Shown: piece by piece, positions 48,625 to 60,346 of the stretch
Numbering within the stretch: the first letter of the stretch is position 1
How the letters are laid out: each line of letters starts with the position of its first letter
NCBI RefSeq assembly: GCF_020745735.1
Contig: NC_083440.1
Span: 13,503,138 to 13,567,137 of the forward strand
DNA length: 64,000 bases
Reading direction: 5' to 3'
From: Hemiscyllium ocellatum
Lineage: Eukaryota
Notes under the pieces: model-generated
The model's database searches: none
What the model was told of the DNA's origin: nothing
Seen by the model: the letters and a program-made list of their open reading frames with translations, nothing else
Program-made: the position numbers and the translations under genes

Positions 48625-49335
48625 CTGGAACCATCGGGTGAAAAAAATGATCATGCTGGTAAGGTTATCAAAAAAAATCGAGGAAAACCGAAGAAAATTG
48701 TCTGGTAATATGCGAAGTATTCAGATGCTGTCTGACAGAAGAGATCATTCACTGAATCGTGTCTTGTCCAGATCATTCGGAGTATTTCGTATTAGCCATG
48801 TTCCTGTATTTTGTACTGTGGACATAGTAAGGTTTTTTACCATGCAAAATTGCTGTCTTTTCTTATACGTGCATAACCCATGATAAATTCGTGATTATGG
48901 AGATAGTGTGGTGGTCTAGGATGAGATGTAACGCTCTTAAGAGGTTCGATGCAGACCCGATGGACCTAATGGTCTCTCGTAAGAGGAATTTATAGTTTAG
49001 CTGTGCTGCGTGAGCGCTTATATTTACTGTTCCTTCACAAAGGATAGGACTTAAATCAAACAGGAATCTGTTAAGAAAACTGACAGGTTGGCCATGATGG
49101 AACACTCCATTGTCTACAAATTATTATTTTAAATGATGCCATCTTCTCTGCTCAGTGATTATAGAAGAGCGTCCCTTGGCATTTGATCGGATAGTGGAAT
49201 ACATGTTCGAGGATGCCTTTATCCGTTTGGGTGATTACAGGAATGGGTGCAATCATCAGTAACAGGCAGTTGTATTTATGCACGTTTTCCACTCGAGCTC
49301 TCCAATCCCCTTGCAAACAGTATAACACCCCGATA

Positions 49336-49374
49336 GGTTTTTGCAACAGCCTTACCCACGATTGTATCGCTGTT
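49336..49374 (-). other. 23-RSS with broken heptamer
   Basis: AACAGCG, 23-nt spacer, GCAAAAACC. Confidence 0.82.
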
Positions 49375-49652
49375 ATCTCTGACAGCACAGAAATAAATTG
49401 CAGTATCAGACAACTGCAGCCGCAGAATTTTCAGGCTACACGATCACTCCTGGCACCTTCGAACCTTGCCTTGAAATTTTCTTCGAATGTGGGCTCTGAG
49501 GTACCAATCGAAGTTGCCATGAGCTGCAGGCTTGCTCCCCTTACCTGGCGATACCAGTTCATCGTTTTGGTAACAGTGCATCTCTGCTGTGTTCTCCTTT
49601 TGTAGAGATAAATCCTCTAGCCATTGGGTGATGATGGCGCTTTTACAACTCC
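49375..49652 (-). pseudogene. TRBV: TRBV pseudogene V exon (17-nt and 7-nt deletions)
   Basis: TAEMHCYQND / WYRQVRGASLQLMATSIGTSEPTFEENFKARF / SCSLKILRLQLSDTAIYFCAVRD, split across two frames. Confidence 0.94.
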
Positions 49653-49789
49653 CTAATTAAAATGATGAAAATAAAACGATTTGTCTGGTATTTGAGGAGA
49701 CGCAGGTATATCCTCTGGTTTCCCACATTCCACACACTTCAAAATTTGCCTTTCCCACGAAAATATATTATCTCTCAATGATGGAGAGA

Positions 49790-49840
49790 GAGCGAGGGAG
49801 AAGGAGACAGAGAGACAGAGAGACAGAGACAGATAAATAG
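49790..49840. repeat. GA-rich microsatellite in V intron
   Basis: (GAGACA)n/(GA)n. Confidence 0.7.
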
Positions 49841-50216
49841 AAAGAGACAACCTTATCAACCTTATGTAGGTCGTCGGTGTTGCCACTTCTCGTTGATGAG
49901 ATTGAAAAGGGTTTTCGTAAGAGACGAAAACAAAACAATAGCAGACAGATACTTTCCAAGTATCTGTCAAGAAATTTCCAGTTCAACTGCACTCTGTACT
50001 ATCACAAATCCTGAACATAATACCTATTAGGACATTTATCTATGACCCGTTCATAAGTGATAATTGTAGCTAATTCTATGGTCTTAAAGTACATTCGGAA
50101 ACAAAACGTTTTTTTAAAGAGTGAACAAGAACGAAAATTGCAACTGATCTTACTGAGCGAAGCACCAAAAGTGGGTAATAACTGGATGAAACAGATCAGT
50201 AAGGTAGGCAGGTCAC

Positions 50217-50258
50217 CTGGGAACAGCAGTAAAACTGCAGATAAACAGCATCAAACAT
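50217..50258 (-). pseudogene. TRBV: Frameshifted leader of V at 49375
   Basis: 42 nt (4-nt deletion) paralog of the leaders; GTGACC donor. Confidence 0.78.
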
Positions 50259-50338
50259 TATCCCTCCCAACCTGGTATAGCTCTCACATACTGCAAAGCT
50301 TCTCGCCCGGGTGCGGGATTTAATCCTTAGCTGTGGAT

Positions 50339-50347
50339 ATGACACCA
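50339..50347. promoter_or_regulatory. Mutated CRE-like motif ATGACACCA (pseudogene promoter)
   Basis: About 82 bp from ATG. Confidence 0.6.
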
Positions 50348-51852
50348 TCACGACAGTTTGCAGTGGACCACCCCCGGTCCCATACGTTGGTAACTGACTC
50401 ACAATATCTGCACGCAAGTATAAAGATATTTGCCGAGCCCCTGCAGATTCCTAGACATTGGAAGATGAATCGTGTATGGATTTTTCTTGAGGGGGTAGTG
50501 GAATGCAAATAATCTGACGTCAAATGACTGGAGATTATTTTGGAAGTCGCATCATTCCTCCATTTTGCACCTCAGAATAGACATTGAGAAGAAAGTAAAA
50601 CTGATCAGGCTGTTCTGAACAGGTTCTGGTCGTTTCTTAAACAACCTTGTTAATTCAAAATGAATATAAATGGTTTCTGCAAGGTGCAAAGTGCCTCTCT
50701 TGTCAAAACTACAAGGATGATTTGAGCGTTGTCAAATTCCATTGTAGCGTTTGCCTTTTTTTTTACTTTCCGCAAAAAATGTTATAAGATTGTTTGACGA
50801 TCTTTTGGATCCAATTTTAAAAATGCATGTGATGTATTTTTGCGATATGTATACACGATTCCTTTTCTCGGATAGTTGCTTTTGTAATACCTCGGGGCCC
50901 TCTATCTGCATAAGAAGGCTTTTTTTTATCTACATACAGTATTCTGATGCAGTGAAACTGAAGAGATATTAGATATTTTCCAATGTAGTCGTTGAGAGAT
51001 GTCTTTTCACAGCTCTGCATCAGGTGTATAGAACCCAAGTTTCCTGGCTTAGAGATATGACTGCAACATTGCCTCACAAGAACCCTCTTCATTCATTCTA
51101 CGTATTCTCCTCCTCAGAGTTGTTACCTTTGAAAACCGTGGGAGTGAATCCCTAGTTTCTGGCTCAGAGATAGGAACATTAACACGGCACAAGAGTCTGG
51201 ATGCGATTGCAGAGAAAAACGTGTTAACATTTTCCTCAGCTGACGTTGATTCAATGCCATCATCAAAGAGGATTGACGAGATTTCATTCTGTATGTTGAT
51301 TCACTCAGATAATAAGTGCTAGCATTCAGTTGCACAAGGACTTAATCTTGAAAAATATTTCAGAATATATTTGATCAGCAAATAATTGACTCAGAGACTG
51401 TGAACGTTTATTTCACGTGAAGCGAATCAGACTGGCTAAGACTGGTACTTGTAATGCTGGACACTACTGGACGGAACCGACATAGATCATCTACACAACA
51501 ATTCTGGTTGACAATCGTTGTGAATGCTCCAGCCTTACGTTTTATACTGATGTGCTGGACCCTTCCATCATTGAGGATGGGGAATTTGAGGATCCAGTGA
51601 GATGTTTAATTGTCAACCACCATTCACGATTGGATATAGCAGCAGTGCTGAGCTTAGACATGATTACTTAGCTCTGTTTATCATTTATCACTAACACTAT
51701 TTGTCAAGCAGGTAGACCTGCTTGGTGTCTTCACCAGGTTGAAAACTCATTTTCAGACCTGGTTCTGATTCAGGTCTGCCATTTTGCTCTTTTGAACCAA
51801 TGTTTTAGACCTGGTTTGGTGGCAATGGTTCAGTTGGGGATGGACTGTGTCA

Positions 51853-52163
51853 TTAGATTAGATTAGATTACTTACAGTGTGGAAATAGGCCCTTCAACCC
51901 AACAAGTCCACACGGACCCCCCAAAGAGCAACCCACCCAGACCCATTCCCCTATATTTACCCCTTAACTTAACACTACAGGTAATTTAGCATGGCCAATT
52001 CACCTAACCTGCATATCTTTGGATTGTGAGAGGAAGCCGGAGTAGCCGGAGGAACCCCACGCAGACATGGGATGAATTTGCAAACTCTACACAGACAGTT
52101 ACCTGAACCCGGGTCTCTGGAGCTGTGAGGCAGCAGTGCGAATCACTGTGCCACTGTGCCGCT
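51853..52163 (-). mobile_element. HE1-like SINE
   Basis: (TTAGA)n tail and reverse SINE body and head. Confidence 0.85.
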
Positions 52164-52199
52164 CCAATGTAGCTGCAGATTGTGTTGCAGTGGAATTCC

Positions 52200-53170
52200 G
52201 CTGCTGCTGGTTACTCTCAGCTTCTCATGTTTTTCAGTTTTGAATTGCTAGATCTGTTTGATAATTGACCACTTTAAAACCATCATCATGCCACACACCG
52301 CAATGGCGTCTATTCCAAATATGAAGGTAAGGCTTCATCTCCACAAAACCTATGCAGTGTTCACTCTGAGAGATACTGTCATAGACAGATGCGTCTACAA
52401 CGTTCAGATTGTTAAGGATGAGTTCAAATATGTTTTTCTCTCTTGTTGGTTCCCGCACCACTTGCCACAGACCCAGCCTCTTGGCTATGTCCGTTAGAGT
52501 ACGACCAGTACCATCTGTACTACTGCTCCCGAACTTAGTGGGAAGACATTGAAATCCCTTACCCAGAGTATATTCTGTGCCCTTGCATTCTCAGTGTTTC
52601 CTCCAAGTGCTGCTCAACATAGAGGAATACCAATTCCTCGGCCGAAGAAAGACAGTGCATGGCAACAAGCATGAAGTTTCCTTGCCTTTTCTTAACCCGA
52701 AACCATGTAACTTCATGGAGTCCGGCGCTAATATTGCGATCCTCGGGTAAAATCCGTCCCAAGTGTACACCTCTGTGCCACCACCTCTGCTGGATCTGTT
52801 CTGTCGGTGGGCCAGGAGTTATCCAGCGATTGTGATGCTGGTATTTGGGACATTATCAGGAATCATTCCTTGACTAGACTGTGAGATGGCTCTCTCAATA
52901 TTGTCACCAGCCCAGAGATGTTCGAGAGGCACACTTTGCAGGGCTGTCTCTACCATGTATATTTTTTTATCTGATACTTAGGTCGATGTCAGGTGATCCA
53001 TCAATGCATATAGCTGATAGGCTTTCTAGCCCATTTTAGAGAACAATTGAGAGTCAATCACATTGCAACTATGGACATACATGCAGGTCAGACAAGATAA
53101 GAATGGCAGATTTTCTTCCATGAAAAACCCATCTGATAATCAACAATAGTTTCATGGTCATCCAGATTTA
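52200..53170 (-). mobile_element. Old LINE remnant with APE-endonuclease-like segment
   Basis: QGNFMLVAMH..EELVFLYVEQHLEETL; homologous pieces near 28200-28500, 34150-34330 and 47380-47500. Confidence 0.55.
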
Positions 53171-53757
53171 TTTGTGTACCATAAAATTAAAATTCCACTA
53201 CCTGAGGTAGTGTGTTTCTAAGCCAGGACCCCAGGATATTAGCAGAGTTTCTGAATTAATACTCTTGCAATAATGCCTTCCCAAATTGTTGCTCGATTGT
53301 TGGGAACCGAGAGAAGCCACATCGATGCAAAGGATGTTAATTTTGAAGATGGCTCATTTGAGGTTTGTCATTTTCTTTTTCTGACGATGCTCTGAGTCTA
53401 TTTTGATAATTGTGATCACCAACAGGTTAGTAATGAACTGCCGTCTCAGAATGTCTGCATTCTATCTTTTCATCAGGCTTGAGACCTTCTTCCTGGTTTA
53501 AACCTCTCCCTGTAACTGTCTGAAAGAGAGATATCAGAGGCGGTAAAGGCTTTACCTGTGAGCTTCTACTCTTTATCACCCCAGTAGCAATACCACCACA
53601 TGTTCAAGTTATCAGTATCCTTGAGTTAATATACATTTCCATCTCTTTCGTTTCTCAACACACTGGGAAACACGAGTCTTCCTGATGTCAGTACAGAGGA
53701 AGATTGAGAAACAGGCTGATCAAACAAATATTGCTACCATAAAAATAGAGATAAAAT

Positions 53758-54016
53758 ATCTGTCAACACACATGCCACATGCCGCATAGTCTCAGTTTAC
53801 TTTTTCAACAAAGAGAGCACTCATGGCATAACAACGAGTTGCTGGTGAGTGAAAGTGGTTTCATGCCAGCAGAGTACAATTGACCTCAGATATGATTGCT
53901 AAAAGTGGCAGACCCTCACAGTTCTTGTCACCAACCCAGCCATAATTGGACTTAGTGAGACAAACTAGCATATGCCCAGTTCCATGCCCAAGTTCTGGAA
54001 CTATCAGTTGATAAAG
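53758..54016 (-). pseudogene. Relic V-like exon, copy 4 (..LYSAGM..CVLTD)
   Basis: GCTCCAG acceptor; paralog of the other three relics. Confidence 0.45.
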
Positions 54017-54039
54017 CTGGAGCAGGCTTGCAGGGTCAA

Positions 54040-54060
54040 CATATATATATATATATATAT
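54040..54060. repeat. (TA)n microsatellite
   Basis: About 10 TA units. Confidence 0.8.
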
Positions 54061-54735
54061 AAAGAACAAAGAAACACATTCAGTGTATGTGCAGAGTATT
54101 CAGATGATGTCTGGCAGAAGTCAATGAATCGCGCCTTGTTAAAGAAACTTGTCAATGATTCCTGAACCTGCGTTCTTTACTGCGAGGTCAGGTGCATTGT
54201 TAGTGCTCAATTGCCCCGTACTGTGCAGAAAAATATGGTTGGGTTAGCATCAGTGAATGGGAGGCTGCGGTGATAAGGTAGGGGAGCGCAACTGGCGGGA
54301 TACTCTTCAGACACTAGGTCCAGACTCGGTGGGCTTAACGGCCTTTTTTCACACAGTCAGGGTTCTATTATTCTGCTGGACTACAAGAACATGAAATGCA
54401 CGTTTAAACGCGATTATAGTCGCTTTCCTTGAGAAAGGATAAGTCGCAAAATTAAATAGGAAGGATTTTATCAAGAACAACAGTTTGCCAGGAATGCAAT
54501 CTCTGTCCTCGAAGAATTATTATTAGACATGATACTATCAGCTAAGCTGAGCAATTACTAAATAGGGGCTGTTGGTCTTGAATTGTATAAGGAAGAATGC
54601 ATAAAAAGTATAATGCGTTTATCCATTTAGGTGGGTTTTGGGAAACGGTGCAAACATCAGCGAGGAGCGGGTCTATTGGTAAATGTTGTCCGCTCCAGAT
54701 TTCAATCAATGTGCTAACTATCTTAACACGCGTGA

Positions 54736-54774
54736 GGTTTTTGAAAGAGCTCTACACGTGTTTGTATCGCTGTG
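54736..54774 (-). other. 23-RSS
   Basis: CACAGCG, 23-nt spacer, TCAAAAACC. Confidence 0.93.
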
Positions 54775-55076
54775 ATCACTGGCTGCACAATAATAACCCG
54801 CAGTATCTGACACCTCCAGCTTCAGAATTTTCAGGCTGCACGATTTAAGATCGCTCCTGGTGACTTTGAACCTTGTCTTGAAATCCTTTTCAACCGTTGG
54901 TTCTGACGTACCGATCGAGGTGGCTATGAGCTGAAGGCCTGCTCCCCTTAACTGGCGGTACCAGTACATTTGGGTATTACTCGTGCCATTTTGGTAACAG
55001 TGCATCTCTGCCGCCTTCTCCTTTTGTATAGACAAGTCCTGCGGCCACTGAGAGACGAGCGAACCTATACAACTCG
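54775..55076 (-). CDS. TRBV: Functional TRBV, V exon (..AAEMHCYQNGTSNTQMYWYRQ..DTAGYYCAASD)
   Basis: Open 302-nt exon, leader, RSS. Confidence 0.96.
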
Positions 55077-55712
55077 CTAAGTAAAGAAGATGGAGAGAAA
55101 AAAAGTAATGATTTGTGACGAACTGTCAATTGCTTAAGAGACCTAGGTCTGTTCTCCAGTTTCTCACTTTTCACACACTTCGAGCCCCCCCCCCCCCCCA
55201 CCCCGCCTTACAAAGACATATCGTTTCTCCATTGTGGATACACAGAAAGTGGCCTCTGACGCTCATGGATGTGGGCTTTGAGCCCGGTTATTTTAGACTC
55301 ACAGCATTGCTACTTCCAGTAGACGTGACACGAACAGAGGCTGCTTAAATGCAGGCCGGAAGCAAATGGAAGCTATTTGCTGAAACGGAGAATAGTACAG
55401 CTACAAAATATGTATTCGTTGAATTGCATCCCCTCTCTGAACATCTTTCAACCAATTTACAGTTCCACTGCCCGCTGCATTTTTATAAAACCAGTACATG
55501 GTACCAATTTGTTTATTGATTAAAGTCCCTTTCATGACGGACAATTATAGCTGCTTCTCTGACTGTACAGAACATTCTGAAAACATTTCGCTAATTTATT
55601 TGACAGTAGAGAAGAATGAAACTTGCAAGTGATTTGACTGGCCAATGTTTCATTATGGTACTAAAACCAGATTAAGACAAGCTCGAATACTATACCAAGC
55701 CTGGAATGTTAC

Positions 55713-55758
55713 CTGGGAGCAGCAGGAACATGAGATGCATAGAAATAAAACCGAACAT
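55713..55758 (-). CDS. TRBV: Leader exon MFGFISMHLMFLLLP
   Basis: 46 nt, phase-1 GTAACA donor. Confidence 0.92.
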
Positions 55759-55838
55759 TTTCCTCCCCAACTTGATACAGCTCTCACACACGGTGAACCC
55801 TCTCGCCCTGATGCCGGATTTAATGCTTATGTATGGAA

Positions 55839-55847
55839 ATGACATCA
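55839..55847. promoter_or_regulatory. V-beta promoter CRE-like motif ATGACATCA
   Basis: About 82 bp from ATG; CCAAT nearby. Confidence 0.8.
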
Positions 55848-56223
55848 TCGCGAGAACTACCAATAGACTTCCCCCGTTTCTCTGTACAAAACATACATGT
55901 CAGACTGTGCATAGACCAGTAACAGCCCCACAAGATCGTAATGCAAGTTTAACAATATAACTCACCCACTGCAGATTCATGTGGACTGCGAAGATTCACA
56001 TATCTGGTTTATTGTCTGGGGGGCGGGCAGCAGAGATAAGTCACTTCTCCTGAAAGGACTGGAGAATCAGTTGGAGGTCGCAGCATTGTTCAATTCTGTA
56101 CATCAGAATGAACACAGTGAAGAAAGTGGAACTGTGGACGATGATCAGCTCGGTGAAAGACACTCTTTGGTCAGCCCAAAACTTGCTGGTTCTGCAAAAC
56201 AAAACTCGAACAATTACGTGTGT

Positions 56224-56490
56224 GGCGGCATGGTGGCTCAGTCATTAACACTCCTGCCACACAACGCCAGAGACCTGGTTTCAATTCTTAACATGGGCGA
56301 TTGTCTGTGTGAAGTTTCCACATTCCCTCCATGACTCAAATTTACCCCACAATGCAAAGATATGCAGGTCAGGTGAATTGGCCAACGTGAATTGTCCATA
56401 GCATTTGATTAATCCTTCAGAGGGACTTGTATCTGGGTGGCTTATTTTTCAGACGGCCAGTGTGGACTTGTAGGGCCAAATCGCCTGCTT
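56224..56490 (+). mobile_element. Degenerate HE1-like SINE
   Basis: GGCGGCATGGTGGCTCAG head and body remnants. Confidence 0.7.
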
Positions 56491-57001
56491 CCACACTGGA
56501 GGGCATCTACTTTAAACAAGGATTTGATCTTGATCAATTGTTGCGAACTGGCACATACCAAGGCGCAGGACAACGTGCTGAGTGACGAACTAAAGGCTGG
56601 AGCAGTTGCTGCCAAGGTGGTGTTGGTAAACACCGGTGACTGTGTCTTCTTGCAGAAGTGAAACTGGGGTCCATTCAATTATCGTCAAGATTAGAATGGT
56701 GCTTGAAAAGCACAACAGGTCAGGCAGCATCCGAGGAGCAGGAAACATCGACGTTTCAGGCAAACGCCCTTCATCTGGAATTCACCATTCATAATGAACG
56801 GGTTTTGCCTGGAAACTTGATTTTTCTGCTTCAATTCAATTTTCAGACATTCCTGGTCTCTCAATGCATGCAAATATAGTCTAGTTCAAATGAGACTTGT
56901 GTTTGATTTCTTTATTGGGTAGAGTCAAACTCCAATGATTGCTTGCTTTATTCACATGCAATTATTCAGAATGCGTGTGTTTTATTTTATATGCACATGT
57001 A

Positions 57002-57029
57002 ATATATATATATATATATACACACACAC
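57002..57029. repeat. (TA)n(CA)n microsatellite
   Basis: Read directly from the sequence. Confidence 0.8.
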
Positions 57030-58729
57030 CGAATGCATAACATAGAAAGATGTTTTACAATTAAAGTATTCTGTTGAAATGAAAAGAGCTGCTCCTACTA
57101 AGACTTGCTCATTTTTCAAATCAGTTAGCGAAAATGAATGGAAGCAGTTTCTTGCACGCTGGAAAATGCTTCTTTTTTTCACAACTGCAGGACGATCTGA
57201 GAATTGTTAAATTGCAATGTATCGTCTGGCATTTCTTCTCTCTGCAAAATATGTAAAGAACTCTATGTGTAACAAATGCAAGTGCAAAACCTTATGAATG
57301 AGAAATATCTTTACAAAATGAAATCTATTCCTCTCATAGGTGATTTGTGACCACATTAGACCACCTTACAAGGCGGTCTAAAATCTTTCTGCCAAGGAAT
57401 AATGAGGATCTTCCAGGTGGCTAAAATGTATGCGAATAATATCTTGAATGAGTAAGAAATGCCTGCGAGCAGCTGTGAGGAAATCAAATTTCAATGTTTA
57501 CCTAATTCGACATATGCAAAGACAGCAGATAATTCAATGATTCCAAAGAGATTTGGTATGTGTGCAAAGATTTTGTATGATTACTTTATATATTTTGATA
57601 CAAAGGGACGTATGTTCCTTAGAGTGATCCGTTCAGGGCTGAAAATCATTTATTCTATTAATTTTGTAAATTCAACATTGGTTCCAAAAGGGAATCTTTT
57701 ACAGTTTGGGTAGGTTTAAAACCCAGTTTATTCTTTAGAAAGTAGACCGTGCATGGTCGGCATTTGTTGTGAACCACAAAAAGCACCAGTTCCCAAAGGT
57801 GTGGCGAAGTCAATCTTGCCTCTGTCACCACTCGGGATGAAGTTTCCGAGTTGAAACGTCTCCACCCTCTATCATTCTGTATTTAACCAAAAGCAGAAAT
57901 TGCAGAAGAAACTCAGCAACATTTGTGGCAAAAGAAAGTACAGTCATCGTTTTGGGTCCAATGACCCTCTTCCAGAATCGAAACAATTGTCTTGTAGATA
58001 CTTTCTTAAAAATGTTTTACCCGTTTTCCCAATCTGTTTTCTCAAGGATGTTCTGACAACCTCAGTAATTAATTCAGATGCTTCGATTGTTATGGACTAT
58101 AACAACTACACAACGGAAGAATAACAAGTGGTAATCTTTCGAACGATCTCTTTGTTCCTTTAGCAGTAAAAAATTATATGTCTAGACAATTATGAACGGT
58201 TATCTTTGAGCATAAGAAACAGTAGACAGACGTAGACGTTTCCCAATTTGAGTCCACAATCCTGCACTGTATCCAAACACCCTGCATAGTAACTGCTGCC
58301 GTCATTTACTTCGTGACTGAATTTGGAAGTTGCATCATTGCAAGTGACACCAATAGCATAGTTCAAATCTGTCTCTTTCTTATCCGTACAGATGGAAGCG
58401 ATATATGTGATGGTTACATTGCATTCTATTTTATAAGTTTGTTAAACCATGTATTTGCCTTGGGAAATGTAAATAATTCAAAGGTAGCACTGCATATTTC
58501 CGAAAAGTTGAATGCAATTTTAATGCACGTGTTCCAAATTATAAGGTGCTTAAAACAGACTTTTAGACTTAAAATTAACAAATGGCCGTCACAATTTCCG
58601 ATTTTTGGAACGGACGTCTATGTATCTACAACATCTTGTAGGTAGGAGTGCTTCCAAACCTCTCTCCTAGATCGTCTGGTCCTAATTCATAGACATTTTT
58701 TCCGTTATGGAATTCCCCATCGGTAGTGC

Positions 58730-59560
58730 CAGTTATCACAATACTTATTACCGGATTTGTCAATGGCATAAACATTCAAACATCCCAATTTGCTGACGGA
58801 ATTAATTAGGCTATGTTGGTAGACAGTTCAAAATCCCAACAGTATATTAATAGATTAGGTAAATGGGTAAAAACTGGCAGATGGATTTTTTAAAAAAAAA
58901 CATGTGTGAGGTTATGCATTTCAGACCGAAAATAGGATAGATCAGGGTATTTTTGATAAGGCGCAAAGTGAACTACAGTGGATGGCCAACAAGATTTGGG
59001 AGTTCAGGACATTGCTTTTTAAAATGCCACAAACAGGTGTGGAACATAGGCAAGGGGATGGTAGAATGCTGGCCTTCATGCCTAAGGGATTGGAGTATAT
59101 GGATTCAAATGATTTGCTGCATTTGTACAAAACTCTTGTTAGGTCCCACTTGGAGTACGGCAAGCAGATCTGTGGACCTCACCATAGGAAGGATGTCTTG
59201 GTCCTGACAGGAGTTCACCGCAGTTTTACAAGGATGAAACCGGGATTTTAGAATTTCAGTTCAGAGGTGAGATTAGAGAAATAGAACTTTATCATCAAAA
59301 GCTTAGAATTTTAAGTTGATCATCGAATTGAAGTTTTCAGGATATCGACAGGGAAAGACATGTTAAATAAAGATAATCAATTTCCATTGGAGCAATAGAA
59401 AGACTGAAAGCCAGACCGTTCAAGGGAGATGTTAGCAAGTGTTCTGCATGCAAAGAGTAGTGGAAACAATGCATGTGGAGGTTCATTACTAAAGTAGAGA
59501 AGGAATTTAAGCATAGACAAGAGAAATATCCTCTGAAAGAATGCAACATTTAGGAAAGGA
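58730..59560 (+). mobile_element. CR1 LINE RT 3' fragment
   Basis: LHLYKTLVRSHLEY..HHRKDV..VHRSFTRMKPG. Confidence 0.8.
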
Positions 59561-59998
59561 ATTCATTGTTGATCCAAGCACAGAATTTAGGATCTAGAGC
59601 AGTAGCTTTTAAAAATGCAAGTGATCTCCATCTTAATGTCTTGTACTTCGCTCACATCCGCCGACCGAACACGAGCTCACGTTATATATTTCATGCCACT
59701 TTGGATCACAACAATCTAAGACACAGATACAAAATTAACTATTCATTTTTCATCAATTTCCATCAATGGAAACCGCTATCTGATCTTCCCTCAGCCTTCT
59801 TCTGTCCAAAGAGTACAGTCCCAAATTCTTCAATCTATCCACATCACTGACATTTCTCATTGTTGGAAGCAGTTTTGATTTGTTTTGCTTTTATTAAGGA
59901 AAAAGCCCTTTATAGTTTTAAATCAAAATGTAGCTGATTCAAACTAGATGACTGGCAATGAAGGAAGCAGACCTGGGTTAATTAATTGCAGTGGTTCC

Positions 59999-60037
59999 CG
60001 TTTTTGTCAAGGTGCTAAATGAGTTTGTCATTGTGTG
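59999..60037 (-). other. 23-RSS
   Basis: CACACAA, 23-nt spacer, ACAAAAACG. Confidence 0.85.
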
Positions 60038-60346
60038 CACTGTCCCCAGTCCCGCAGTGATAGACCGCCATGTCCGTTAGCTGCACTGTCTCCACCTTTA
60101 GCTTTGACATTCTGTCATTTTTGGTCCTGCTAATGTCAAATCGATTTTTGAACCCCTCTCCATACTCAGGTTTTCCACCGATGTAAAAGTACCCAATTAA
60201 AATTAATGCCTGTCTGGGTCTCTGTAGGTACCAGAGAATGTTATCCTGGACTGTTCTGTTTTGATAGCAGTGGATTTCGACCGATTTTCCTTTCTCCGTG
60301 ATGACCTGGCGAGGCCACTGGTACACGAGATTTCCCCAGACATTGC
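60038..60346 (-). CDS. TRBV: Divergent TRBV, open V exon (NVWGNLVYQWP..EIHCYQNRTVQDNILWYLQ..DMAVYHCGTGDS); functional leader not found
   Basis: Open 309-nt exon with Cys, Trp and YxC, a TTGCAG acceptor and a 23-RSS. Confidence 0.9.

Noticed and set aside
60038-60044. GACAGTG as an alternative heptamer at the end of V60038
   Set aside because: It lacks CAC and has no nonamer at 23 nt; CACACAA-23-ACAAAAACG fits properly.
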